From a virus (Duplodnaviria > Heunggongvirae > Uroviricota > Caudoviricetes): a DNA stretch of 64,000 bases. Both the position numbers and the translations under genes were made by a program. The notes beneath the pieces were generated by a model. It saw only the letters and a list, made by a program, of their open reading frames with translations, did not search any database and was not told the origin of the DNA. How positions within the stretch are numbered: position 1 is the stretch's first letter; the number at the start of each line of letters is the position of its first letter. Location: IMG/VR virus record IMGVR_UViG_3300023210_000014, positions 50,797 through 114,796 of that record, one strand, 5' to 3'. Below are positions 45,866-54,816 of the stretch, in pieces.

Positions 45866-46383
45866 ACGATGTATACGAAGCAATCAGAGAAACATATCTT
45901 GATGCTGTGGAACGGAACCAAGGGGCAGTGTTCGCCTACATTGGAACAGATAGCCAGAACATTGGTCAAAAGTTCACTTCTTTCGTACAGTGTATTGCTC
46001 TCCACACATTCGATGACACTGGAATTGGTAAAGGTGGACGAGTCTTTTATATTAGGCACCAAGAGCAAAGGCACACAAATCGTAACAAACGACTTCTTAG
46101 AGAAATAGAAATCTCAGTCAAACTTGCTCAAAAGATAGAGCCTATATTCAGTGAGTTGGATATTCCATTTGAAATTCATGCTGATATCAATAGCGATCCA
46201 GGTAAGGATAACCAGAACAAGTCCAATGAGGTACATGATGCTGCAGTTGGATGGATAGCTGGAATGGGTTGGGAAGTCAGAACTAAGCCTCAAGCATTTG
46301 TTGCAAGTATTATTGCCGATCGTCATGTTAGAGGTGTACGGAAAAGTAAGCCAATGAGGAAGAAGAAAAAAGGAAGACGATAA
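45805..46383 (+). CDS. RNase-H-like fold protein (DUF458-like), putative nuclease
   Basis: AYIGTDSQ ... ALHTF ... HADINSD ... ASIIADRHVR are conserved acidic positions arranged like RNase H-like fold families. Basic C-terminal tail. Confidence 0.35.
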   Translation: MEGIKNMAKNNWKTLDGEIIDDVYEAIRETYLDAVERNQGAVFAYIGTDSQNIGQKFTSFVQCIALHTFDDTGIGKGGRVFYIRHQEQRHTNRNKRLLREIEISVKLAQKIEPIFSELDIPFEIHADINSDPGKDNQNKSNEVHDAAVGWIAGMGWEVRTKPQAFVASIIADRHVRGVRKSKPMRKKKKGRR

Positions 46384-46440
46384 CTAGAATTGATTAAGTA
46401 ACTCGTCAAGATGATATAATTTAACAAAGGGAAATTAAGT

Positions 46441-47646
46441 ATGAAAAGTAGATTAGTGATGATAGTAACAGGAATATCCATATTTGGCTTTTCACTGTTT
46501 GGGGTAAGTGAAATTGCAAAGCAGATAACTGAATCAAAGAATGATCATCAGCTATCAGCTCACATGAAGTTGGGGAGCTCACCTAGACCTGTTGAGGGTT
46601 GGGTAGAGTATATGGCTGAATATGATTTTATAGGCTTCTCACCTGGTGCATGGGATAAACCTCAAATGGAGGGAATGCAAGAAGAGATTCAGAGACTCAA
46701 TCTGGATATGCAATTTGGATCATATATTAGTGCTTTTGCCTGTAATAGGTGGACTAAGATTGCCTATGAACAGGGACAAGACACTTACATTGCACATTGG
46801 TGGGAAGAACTTTCACCATTCTTAGCTGCAACAACCGAGGGTGATACAGCTGCGATATGGAAAGATGCTTACGTATATGACCTTTTCAATCCGGTTGCTA
46901 GAACTAAAGCAATCACTCTGATGGATGGATATATTCGAAGGAATAACCTTGATTGGATTATGCTTGACTTCGTTTCCGTACCATTACCAAACCTGAAAGC
47001 ATCACAAGATCCAATCTATGAAGAGATGGAGCATGGCGACCTGGACTTTGATAGAGATGGTATTGGCCACTGGGATGATCCAGATGAACGAGCAGCACTA
47101 AGGGTTATTTGGGATCTATATATTGAAGAGATGGTAGCTACCTTCCCGAAGAATCTTAAGATCATTCCAAATGGTTCATTGGCTATCAAGGATGCAGACT
47201 TTGCAAAGAGAGTTCATGGCTGTTATGTTGAAGGATTCCCTCAGTGGTTCTTTGGGACTAGTGCTTCAAACTTTCCTAATGCTTATGATGAAGACTTTCA
47301 AAATTCATTATGGATTCTATCTGAAAATGATAGATGGAGAAATGGTGAGGGCTTTGTGATGATTGAAGATCGCTACTATCGGAATACTTATGGATATGTC
47401 AGTAAGATCTTTGATGGTGTTGTTGAAATGAGAAGACAATTAGGTGACGGACCTTACACTGGAGATTATGTTACTCTTCCTTTGGAATTGGATACGGGTG
47501 CACCACTTGGCCCACCTGAAACAATTGGATCTGAAATCATTAGGGCCTTCGAAAAGGGTTCCATTAGGATTGGGAGGGCCAATACTAGCAATCCCATTTA
47601 CTATTTTGATGAATTAGAGGCCCCTGCACCTAAGCAAACACCTTAG
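46441..47646 (+). CDS. membrane-anchored protein (401 aa), possible glycoside-hydrolase-like TIM-barrel
   Basis: N-terminal TM helix, Trp/Asp-rich. No firm motif. Confidence 0.4.
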   Translation: MKSRLVMIVTGISIFGFSLFGVSEIAKQITESKNDHQLSAHMKLGSSPRPVEGWVEYMAEYDFIGFSPGAWDKPQMEGMQEEIQRLNLDMQFGSYISAFACNRWTKIAYEQGQDTYIAHWWEELSPFLAATTEGDTAAIWKDAYVYDLFNPVARTKAITLMDGYIRRNNLDWIMLDFVSVPLPNLKASQDPIYEEMEHGDLDFDRDGIGHWDDPDERAALRVIWDLYIEEMVATFPKNLKIIPNGSLAIKDADFAKRVHGCYVEGFPQWFFGTSASNFPNAYDEDFQNSLWILSENDRWRNGEGFVMIEDRYYRNTYGYVSKIFDGVVEMRRQLGDGPYTGDYVTLPLELDTGAPLGPPETIGSEIIRAFEKGSIRIGRANTSNPIYYFDELEAPAPKQTP

Positions 47647-47798
47647 AATGATATAAGGCCCCTAACACACGCTATAGCACGTCCACTACAAGCTTTAAAG
47701 CGTGGGCCCCATATGTTACCATTGCTAAACTTAGCGTTGCTTAGACACACGTACAGGCAGTCTTTAAGTCATTGGTACATATACACTTAGCATAATAA

Positions 47799-47860
47799 CC
47801 CGGAAATAGCTGAAGTGCACCTACAGGTACACATTTAATTCAACTATTTTCGGGTTTTTT
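47799..47860 (+). terminator. terminator-like compound hairpin + T-run
   Basis: CCCGGAAATAG (47799-47809) pairs with CTATTTTCGGG (47844-47854) with one mismatch. It encloses an inner imperfect hairpin GTGCACCT-acag-GTACAC and is followed by TTTTTT (47855-47860). Confidence 0.35.
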
Positions 47861-47891
47861 GTTTACAATTACCTGGAATAATGATATAATG
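47859..47891 (+). promoter_or_regulatory. conserved phage promoter copy 8
   Basis: TTG-TTTACA (47862-47867) -N17- GATATAATG (TATAAT 47885-47890). Confidence 0.55.
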
Positions 47892-47933
47892 TACTTAGGT
47901 TAAAAAATCAACTAGTCCAAGGAGACTCAGACC

Positions 47934-48125
47934 ATGACTTATGAAGACATTACGGAAATCGTTTACACCATCATAGCCCAAATGCAAATGTGCGGATCTA
48001 ACGATCATCAGATCATGCAAGAGATTTCTTGGGAATGCGCTTTTGGGGATCTCAAGGACGAGAAGTGCATGAGCTATGCATGTGAAATTGCCGACCTCAA
48101 ACTTAAAAACCTGGAGATCAAATAA
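47934..48125 (+). CDS. hypothetical protein (63 aa)
   Basis: ORF with a strong ribosome-binding site (CAAGGAGACTCAGACCATG). Confidence 0.45.
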   Translation: MTYEDITEIVYTIIAQMQMCGSNDHQIMQEISWECAFGDLKDEKCMSYACEIADLKLKNLEIK

Positions 48126-48364
48126 TGGTAATTTCACTGGTCAATGTGGATATTATTTCTAAACGGGCTTCGGCCTCTGGTGGACTTTGCAGACGATTCT
48201 GCACTGAAGCTTCCCAGCTTAGATTCCCAGTTGGCTATACAGCTGATGAGTTGGTTCTCGAGGGTGAAAAAGACATTCTTCGGTTTCGCCACTTCGATGC
48301 AAATCACACTGCAATCTACACTGATACTTTCGACACAATCGAATTGATGATTTTCAATGACTAA
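48125..48364 (+). CDS. hypothetical protein (79 aa)
   Basis: Coupled ORF. Confidence 0.35.
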   Translation: MVISLVNVDIISKRASASGGLCRRFCTEASQLRFPVGYTADELVLEGEKDILRFRHFDANHTAIYTDTFDTIELMIFND

Positions 48365-48680
48365 GGGGTCAAAAATGAACTTTGTAACAGCACGCGATTC
48401 TATCTCAGATGTACTCGAATCTACTCGCCCATACGAACGTAAGAAATTCGTGATTGAGCAGGTCCTTTGGAGTGTTGCAACTCACGAGGATATGGATTCG
48501 GCCAACGGTCTGATTCAACTCTTTGACCTCAACATGTTTGCAAATGGTGCTCACACCTGGTTTGATACCCCAACCGCTCCGGACACTCGTCCGCTGGTAA
48601 CTCGAGAAGCCTTGATGGCTGAAACTGATGCAGAGCGTATGCCTGCTCGTAAAATTCGATCGAAAGCAGGGTTAAAATAA
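48357..48680 (+). CDS. hypothetical protein (107 aa)
   Basis: ORF. Confidence 0.4.
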   Translation: MTKGSKMNFVTARDSISDVLESTRPYERKKFVIEQVLWSVATHEDMDSANGLIQLFDLNMFANGAHTWFDTPTAPDTRPLVTREALMAETDAERMPARKIRSKAGLK

Positions 48681-49015
48681 TGTGTAAATGGAATCAACCA
48701 GTTGATGCTGGCAGTAATCCCTTCGGTCCATCTGATATAGCTTTGGTCCTTCCTGCAAAGGAAGACATTCCAAAGGAATTCTGGCATGGCCGAGGGAAAT
48801 GGAATAAACTTTTCAATGATTGGTTCTTTGTTGGAATCGCGGATTTGAATTTCGATCTCAAGGATGGAATTGATGGTGAATTGATGATGAGTCATATTAG
48901 CCATGTTATGGGTTCTTGGTCACCAAAACATGAACACAAGGAAGCGGCTTGCGCATATCTTTGGAGTCTTTGGTGCAACGATGTTGATTATAAAACTAAC
49001 GAGAGGAAGAACTAA
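48680..49015 (+). CDS. hypothetical protein (111 aa)
   Basis: ORF with TAATG coupling. Confidence 0.4.
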   Translation: MCKWNQPVDAGSNPFGPSDIALVLPAKEDIPKEFWHGRGKWNKLFNDWFFVGIADLNFDLKDGIDGELMMSHISHVMGSWSPKHEHKEAACAYLWSLWCNDVDYKTNERKN

Positions 49016-49230
49016 TGTGTAAATACCCAGAAGTTAAAGTTGAATTGGTTGGACAAGATGGAAATGCTTTTGCAATCTTAGGGCGTTGTCAGCGACAGGC
49101 TCGGAGACATCTGGACAAGAGCCAGCTGGAAGAGTTTATGAATGAAGCAACAGCAGGAGATTATGATCACTTGCTCAGAACTTGTATGGATTATTTCGAT
49201 TGTGATGGCGAAGAAAGTGAGGAATGGTAA
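49015..49230 (+). CDS. hypothetical protein (71 aa)
   Basis: ORF with TAATG coupling. Confidence 0.4.
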   Translation: MCKYPEVKVELVGQDGNAFAILGRCQRQARRHLDKSQLEEFMNEATAGDYDHLLRTCMDYFDCDGEESEEW

Positions 49231-49533
49231 ATGGCAGTAAAAAGTATCACCCCAGATGATATCCCAACTGATATTGTAACCGATGGTTACCCAAAGTTGA
49301 TGATTTCAGATTCAAAAGATCTTATTGTATTGGTAACTGGTGAACGAAAGATGGATGAAACTGAAATGAAAGCCACATGTGGGTTCTTTATGAGTGAAGA
49401 AAACAATGTGCTATTAATTGGAACGGTAATAGTTTCACGAGAAGTCAGACGTCCAATTGGGTTTCATGGGAATGATTGGTTCGCACATAAGTTTACAGAA
49501 TATAAAAAAGAAGTTATTTTGAAAAATTGTTAG
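49231..49533 (+). CDS. hypothetical protein (100 aa)
   Basis: ORF. Confidence 0.4.
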   Translation: MAVKSITPDDIPTDIVTDGYPKLMISDSKDLIVLVTGERKMDETEMKATCGFFMSEENNVLLIGTVIVSREVRRPIGFHGNDWFAHKFTEYKKEVILKNC

Positions 49534-49539
49534 CTTTTT

Positions 49540-49571
49540 GGTTTACTTTTGTACCAAAATGTGTTACTATA
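49540..49571 (+). promoter_or_regulatory. conserved phage promoter, degenerate copy 9 (TTTACT-N17-TACTAT)
   Basis: TTGG-TTTACT (49542-49547) -N17- TACTAT (49565-49570). Confidence 0.4.
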
Positions 49572-49572
49572 G

Positions 49573-49600
49573 ATGAGTGGGCAAATGCTCACTCATTTTT
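49573..49600 (+). terminator. hairpin + T5 (ATGAGTGGGC-aaat-GCTCACTCAT-TTTTT)
   Basis: 10-bp stem with one G-U pair. It overlaps the predicted transcription start of promoter copy 9. Confidence 0.4.
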
Positions 49601-49616
49601 CTTGAAAGGATAACGA

Positions 49617-50234
49617 ATGATAATCGCAATTGATATCGATGGAACCCTAAGAGATCTAGAAACCCAGATACGACAGTATTTGGAAATGGATCATCCGGAT
49701 ACCGTTGAGAGGTTTGATGAAATAGTGGGTAAACAATATCGCTCACTTGAGGGTTTGATGAGTAAAGATGAGGTCATGACGTGGTTATACGATGAAAGAC
49801 CCTTCGAGTTATTTGCAATTGCAGATAGACTTCACCCAAAGGTTATTGAAGATTTGAACAAATTTCACAAGGCTGCCGAGGCCGAAGGGCACACTGTAGT
49901 AATTGCGTCTGTTCAAAAAGGCAAATCAATTATGGCCACATTGTCATGGTTATCAAAGTTTGGGTGTAAATTGAAGCACTATGACTTCTTTGATACCATG
50001 CAAGATAAAATTGATGCTGGATACGACGTTTATATTGACGACTGTCCAGAGGTTTTAGAAGCGTGTACAGGTGCATTATTTGGTTCTCGGGATTTAACAG
50101 CACGAAATGGACCAATTGGACTTAAAGTACCATATGAATTTAATAAACACATTGAGGACGTCTATGATTTGGACATTGCAAATGGCAAATTCAATGACGT
50201 ATACGAGATTCTAAACATTGAAAGAGGAATTTAG
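49617..50234 (+). CDS. HAD-family 5'(3')-deoxyribonucleotidase-like hydrolase
   Basis: N-terminal MIIAIDIDGTLRD (DxDGT), 205 aa. Confidence 0.5.
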   Translation: MIIAIDIDGTLRDLETQIRQYLEMDHPDTVERFDEIVGKQYRSLEGLMSKDEVMTWLYDERPFELFAIADRLHPKVIEDLNKFHKAAEAEGHTVVIASVQKGKSIMATLSWLSKFGCKLKHYDFFDTMQDKIDAGYDVYIDDCPEVLEACTGALFGSRDLTARNGPIGLKVPYEFNKHIEDVYDLDIANGKFNDVYEILNIERGI

Positions 50235-50235
50235 A

Positions 50236-51318
50236 ATGGCAATAACAAAAGAACAACTAAAAGAAGTGATAGGAAAGATCGAGTCCAAAGAAGCTCGCAT
50301 ATTCCTATATGCTACCGATGCAGAACAATATGATGATTCAGTAAGATTTACCTATAAATTTGCTAGTAAGCTCAACGAACTTGGGTATGCAGCATCAATT
50401 GTGCATCAAAAGACAGATTTCAAATGTGAATGGGCTGAAGAGTACGTTGATATTGAAAAACTTAAATTCAAATACTTCGAAGCTGGTGAATTCGATATTA
50501 GAATGGAAGATTTCTTCTTCCTACCTGAAGAAGCATCGCATTTGATGCCAAATATTATGAAAGCTCCATGTAAAAATGTGATCGTAGTTCATAATTGGTT
50601 CAAAGTTCTTCAGGCTTTGGAGCCAGGAACATACTGGGACACATATCGATTGACGACTGCAATCACACTCTCTGAACCGACCACTGATTATATCAAAATG
50701 GTTATGCCATTCGCTAGTGTGGCTACTATTACTGGGTCAGTTGATGCAGATTCATTCCCAAAACCAGAAAGCACGACAGATAAACGTATGCAGGTGGCTT
50801 ATGTTGCCTCCAGGGATGGTGGTAACAAGTCAAATAACGCCATCAAATCGTTCTACGCACTTTATCCATATCTACGGTTTATCAGCTTCCTTGAAGTGTC
50901 GAAAATGGACAAAAAGACGCGGTCTACCATTTTGCAAGAGTCAGCATTCTTCGTCTCTTTTGATGAATACAATACATGGCCAACATACGCTTTGGAAGCA
51001 ATCAATAGTGGATGTTTGATTTGTGGATGGGATGGATTGGGAGCAACTAATGTTCTGAATACTGAAACTGCAATCATCGTTCCAAATGGGGATGTGGTTA
51101 GAATCTCTCTAGCTATGGGTTCATTGGTTGAAGAATATCTTCTCCACAACGTACCAGAGGAAAGAATCAAAGCAGCAGAAGAAGCTGCTGGAAAATATAG
51201 CGATGAAGCTGAATTGAAAAGCTTTGACGGTGTAATAAGCGAATTATTCGCTAGCAGAATAGGTGATATTGAGAAATACATTAGCAATATCAAAGAGGAG
51301 GTCAAAGATGCCGAGTAA
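50236..51318 (+). CDS. glycosyltransferase-like protein (GT-B C-terminal domain)
   Basis: ATG at 50236 after AAAGAGGAA. WPTYALEAINSGCLICGWDGLGATNVLNTETAIIVPNGD resembles the GT1/GT4 C-terminal sugar-donor region. Confidence 0.4.
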   Translation: MAITKEQLKEVIGKIESKEARIFLYATDAEQYDDSVRFTYKFASKLNELGYAASIVHQKTDFKCEWAEEYVDIEKLKFKYFEAGEFDIRMEDFFFLPEEASHLMPNIMKAPCKNVIVVHNWFKVLQALEPGTYWDTYRLTTAITLSEPTTDYIKMVMPFASVATITGSVDADSFPKPESTTDKRMQVAYVASRDGGNKSNNAIKSFYALYPYLRFISFLEVSKMDKKTRSTILQESAFFVSFDEYNTWPTYALEAINSGCLICGWDGLGATNVLNTETAIIVPNGDVVRISLAMGSLVEEYLLHNVPEERIKAAEEAAGKYSDEAELKSFDGVISELFASRIGDIEKYISNIKEEVKDAE

Positions 51319-52081
51319 AACATTCAAGTATGGGTACATTATTCCCATTCACAAGAAGGATAAATTGATTGAAAGGGCTATCAAATCATTAGATGGATTT
51401 GAAAACACCTTAATTTATATTTGCTGCACAGAAGCAGTACAAAAATGGATAGAAAAAGAGGTAGAAATACCAGAGGGAATCAATTATGTGTACCTTGAAG
51501 CTGCAGATAATGAAACCTCTTACCAACAATTGGTTAATTTGGGTCTAGATAATGTTGGGGACAACATGGAATACATTTCCATCTTGGAATTCGATGATAA
51601 AGTGAGTCCAAATGCTCATGAAGCCATTGAACCTTACTTCGAAAATGATTCAGAGACTGATATTTTCATGCCACTCGCTGCAATGGTGACGGGTGAAGAT
51701 AATAAACTCCAAATGATTGCAATGTTGAATGAAGCTCCATTCGCTAGTAACGTATTTGAAGATTACGGTAAGTTTGATATTGCAACTATGCTTAAATCCA
51801 ACTTCGCATTTGTAAATGGTGCATATTTCCGCAAGTCAGCACTGGAAAATTATGGTCGCTTCAAGAATAATATTGAAATGTTTGAGGATTATGAATATAT
51901 TTTGAGGGCACTGAATGAAGGTTGTCAAATTACTTCAATTCCAAAGATTGCTAGGTTCCATTTTTATAATGAGACTGGTGAATTTCAGCGTAGAAAAGAT
52001 CTTCCACAAGAAGAACGAGATAAATGGCTACTCACAGTTCGACAAGAATACTTCTTTGATGAAGATCGTGAAATAAGTTAA
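51308..52081 (+). CDS. glycosyltransferase family 2-like protein
   Basis: ATG at 51308 after AAAGAGGAG. YGYIIPIHKKDKLIERAIKSLDG resembles the GT2 N-terminus (hhIPTYNEE...L.S). Acidic EAADNE/EFDD motifs. Confidence 0.4.
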   Translation: MPSKTFKYGYIIPIHKKDKLIERAIKSLDGFENTLIYICCTEAVQKWIEKEVEIPEGINYVYLEAADNETSYQQLVNLGLDNVGDNMEYISILEFDDKVSPNAHEAIEPYFENDSETDIFMPLAAMVTGEDNKLQMIAMLNEAPFASNVFEDYGKFDIATMLKSNFAFVNGAYFRKSALENYGRFKNNIEMFEDYEYILRALNEGCQITSIPKIARFHFYNETGEFQRRKDLPQEERDKWLLTVRQEYFFDEDREIS

Positions 52082-52087
52082 ACAAAT

Positions 52088-52105
52088 GGGGAGCTTCGGC
52101 TCCCC
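52088..52105 (+). terminator. GC hairpin GGGGAGC-ttcg-GCTCCCC after the GT2 gene
   Basis: Perfect 7-bp stem with UUCG loop. Followed by A/T-rich sequence but no clean T-run. Confidence 0.3.
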
Positions 52106-52133
52106 TATATTAATATACACTGAAAGTTACACC

Positions 52134-52859
52134 ATGAAAACCGAAAAAGACACCAAACCAAAACTCAAAAAGAGAAAGAAAAAGGATTATTGGGGACCGA
52201 TTGAAGAAGCAGCTGTTGTAGAATATCTTAGTTACCCTGCAGGACACCCAAAAGCTGAACAAGTATTTGCCAACTCCATATATGAACCTCTGAAGAAGCT
52301 CGTTGAAAGCATCATGTTCACCTACCATTTAGCAATCAAAGAATTACCAATAGACGAACAAGTATATGACTGCATGAGTTTTGTTACGCAGAAGATGCCA
52401 AAGTTCGACCACACTAAAGGGCATAAATCCTATTCCTATTTTGGTACGATTGCAAAGAATGATCTGATTGTAAAGAAGAATAAGCATTACAAAAAGAAAA
52501 TCATCACAGTTGAATTAGAATCTACTGAAGGATTTGAACTAGCTCAGGGATTACACATTGATCATGAGTTCGAAAACGATTTAAACTCGCATGAATTTCT
52601 CTTCACATTGGTAGCACGGGATATTAAAAAGGTATTGGCATCGGATATTAACCTCCATCCTAATATTTATAAAGTAGGTGAGGCAGTAATCACACTGTTA
52701 GACAACTACCAATACATCAACCTCCAGAATAAAAGACAGTTCTATTTTATTGTCAAAGAATTCACGGGGTTACAAGCCAAGGAAATAACCGCAGCGATGG
52801 TTAAGATCAAAAAGATATTCTTGGAGACCTATAAAGAGGAACATTATGAGCGAAGATAA
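52134..52859 (+). CDS. late transcription sigma factor, T4 gp55-like
   Basis: Low-identity by-eye alignment to gp55: ...FDHTKGHKSYSYFGTIAKNDLIVKKNKHYKKK versus gp55 [31 protein letters not shown], plus a gp55-like N-terminal helix. Upstream of the baseplate genes. Confidence 0.45.
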   Translation: MKTEKDTKPKLKKRKKKDYWGPIEEAAVVEYLSYPAGHPKAEQVFANSIYEPLKKLVESIMFTYHLAIKELPIDEQVYDCMSFVTQKMPKFDHTKGHKSYSYFGTIAKNDLIVKKNKHYKKKIITVELESTEGFELAQGLHIDHEFENDLNSHEFLFTLVARDIKKVLASDINLHPNIYKVGEAVITLLDNYQYINLQNKRQFYFIVKEFTGLQAKEITAAMVKIKKIFLETYKEEHYERR

Positions 52860-53274
52860 AAGAATAAAACTAGACGAAGCCAGTCTAGAATTCATACTGA
52901 ATTTCACATTGGAGAACTTGAAGGAAGATAGGAGATTAGCTCTAGAGCATCACACTATTCTTTCTTCGTTGCTATCTGGACAAAATGCAGATGGTGAAGA
53001 CCTAAGTGGAATAGAAATACAAATGATTGTTCAGGAATTAAGTGGTGCATTGACCAACTTCCTGAAATCAGCTGCAACATCAACGGAACAGGGACTGAAG
53101 ATGGCTAAAATCCTTTCAGATCTATTGACCAAGATTGATACAGATACGATTTTAACTGATGAGGATAGGGCGAGCATTGAAGAAATGGTTGGAGGGTTTG
53201 AAGATGAAAAACAAACTCTCGAGGTACTCGAAAACGTAATCGCTCTCGATACAATAGTGAAAGATGAATCATAA
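52846..53274 (+). CDS. hypothetical acidic protein (142 aa)
   Basis: ORF, coiled-coil-like. Confidence 0.4.
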   Translation: MSEDKRIKLDEASLEFILNFTLENLKEDRRLALEHHTILSSLLSGQNADGEDLSGIEIQMIVQELSGALTNFLKSAATSTEQGLKMAKILSDLLTKIDTDTILTDEDRASIEEMVGGFEDEKQTLEVLENVIALDTIVKDES

Positions 53275-53516
53275 TGCTGAACGCAAAGAAAATATCCAAT
53301 AAGATAAATGGCCAACTTAAGGGTTTAGGAATCAACCCCGAAGTAAATGGAGAGCCATCCCACACAGCAAATATGATCGAGGTTATTGTTAAGGAACTCA
53401 TAACAGCAATCAAGAGAGATGCAGAGGTCAGAACTTCCGTCAATACGATGGGAGTTTCTGGCTCTCCTGGTTCACCCGAATCACACAAAGGTGTCGGAAT
53501 GGGGAAAATAAGTTAA
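53274..53516 (+). CDS. hypothetical protein (80 aa)
   Basis: ORF with TAATG coupling. Confidence 0.4.
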   Translation: MLNAKKISNKINGQLKGLGINPEVNGEPSHTANMIEVIVKELITAIKRDAEVRTSVNTMGVSGSPGSPESHKGVGMGKIS

Positions 53517-53648
53517 TGAACGATAAGCAGAAGAAAGAACGTATTAGATATTTATCTGATAAGCTGGAGAGCATATACTCTGAAATTGAACCCAAGCTAA
53601 AAGAGTTTGAGCTCACAAATGAAGAATTGAATGAATTGTTAGGCGAAG

Positions 53649-54005
53649 ATGAGACCGAATCGACCAGGCCAACAGAATAATGCGAGGATAGAAAATTCAT
53701 TTTACCATGGTATCGTGGTAGAGAATATAGACCCAGACGGTTTAAATCGTATTCAAGTTAGGATCATATCCAAAGACAGTAAGATAACTGACAATAAAAA
53801 ACTAAAGTGGTGTATTGGTTTAAACCCCGCTGGATTTTTCATGCTTCCCATGATTGGGGAGCATGTTGTCGTGTTCCTAAGGAATCCAATGACTCACCAA
53901 CAGGGAAGATTCTATATGGGACCAATCCATAGTGATTATACTAGTAGTTTCGAATCGTTTAAGACTACAATAGAAAAACTGGAGATAGAGAACAATGGAC
54001 TTTAA
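53649..54005 (+). CDS. baseplate hub/spike OB-fold protein (gpV/Vgr N-domain-like)
   Basis: GIVVENIDPDGLNRIQVRI... resembles the gpV/gp5 N-terminal OB-fold signature (G.V..n.DP.g.gRvkVR.P). Confidence 0.45.
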   Translation: MRPNRPGQQNNARIENSFYHGIVVENIDPDGLNRIQVRIISKDSKITDNKKLKWCIGLNPAGFFMLPMIGEHVVVFLRNPMTHQQGRFYMGPIHSDYTSSFESFKTTIEKLEIENNGL

Positions 54006-54387
54006 CCCAACTGATGTAGGACTGCGAGGTCGAAACACCGCCGCTGTCCAACTCACAGCAGAAGACACATTAGTAGTAACAAGCAATATATTAAAACACA
54101 ACACTGGTGATCCAAACTTGAGTATAGAGATAAGTGAAGAAGAGAGAAGAATAAAACTACTCAGTGATACCATGGAGCTATTCTCTAACCTCAATTCAGA
54201 TGGTGATGCAGAGAGTATAGTGTATGGTGAAACCCTCGTAGAAATATTACGTTGGTTCATCCAGATTATGATGACTCATACACATCCACCAAACGCTCCA
54301 GCCATCAACACATTTCATGATAAGGCTAGAGAGTATCATAGAGATATGGAAGACCTAATTCTCAATAAAAATATAAGGACTAAATAA
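53995..54387 (+). CDS. baseplate-module hypothetical protein (130 aa)
   Basis: ORF between the gpV-like and gpW-like genes. Confidence 0.35.
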   Translation: MDFNPTDVGLRGRNTAAVQLTAEDTLVVTSNILKHNTGDPNLSIEISEEERRIKLLSDTMELFSNLNSDGDAESIVYGETLVEILRWFIQIMMTHTHPPNAPAINTFHDKAREYHRDMEDLILNKNIRTK

Positions 54388-54390
54388 GGT

Positions 54391-54810
54391 ATGGCTAAGA
54401 AGAGAAAATTTATCCAGGAAACGAACAGAACCTTTGGTTTGCTTAATCCTATACAAGAATCAATAAAGGGTGACGTATTCAAGATGAGCGTGGATAGCAT
54501 AGGGAAATATAAATCCCAACTGTACACACTCATATTCACAAACAAGGGTGAGAGGGTTATGATGCCAGAGTTTGGCACAAATATCCCGGGCCTATTATTC
54601 GACCCTATCGCAGAGAATCTTTACGAAAATATCCGTGCAGATATAATCATAGCATGTAAACGGTGGATCCCAGCAATACGAATCGATCGCGTTGCCTTCA
54701 TCAACGAAGAAGAAAACACAGAGAATAATATTATCAACATGAGTATAGAGTATAGTCTAAAAGTAGACTCAAACATAACAGACCAAATACAAATAGAAAT
54801 GAGTATGTAG
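54391..54810 (+). CDS. baseplate wedge protein, gp25/gpW-like (GPW_gp25 lysozyme-like fold)
   Basis: TNKGERVMMPEFGTNIPGLLFDPIAENL matches the gp25/GPW core motif (GER.m.P.FG..l..l.FEP). Confidence 0.7.
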   Translation: MAKKRKFIQETNRTFGLLNPIQESIKGDVFKMSVDSIGKYKSQLYTLIFTNKGERVMMPEFGTNIPGLLFDPIAENLYENIRADIIIACKRWIPAIRIDRVAFINEEENTENNIINMSIEYSLKVDSNITDQIQIEMSM

Positions 54811-54816
54811 ATAACC

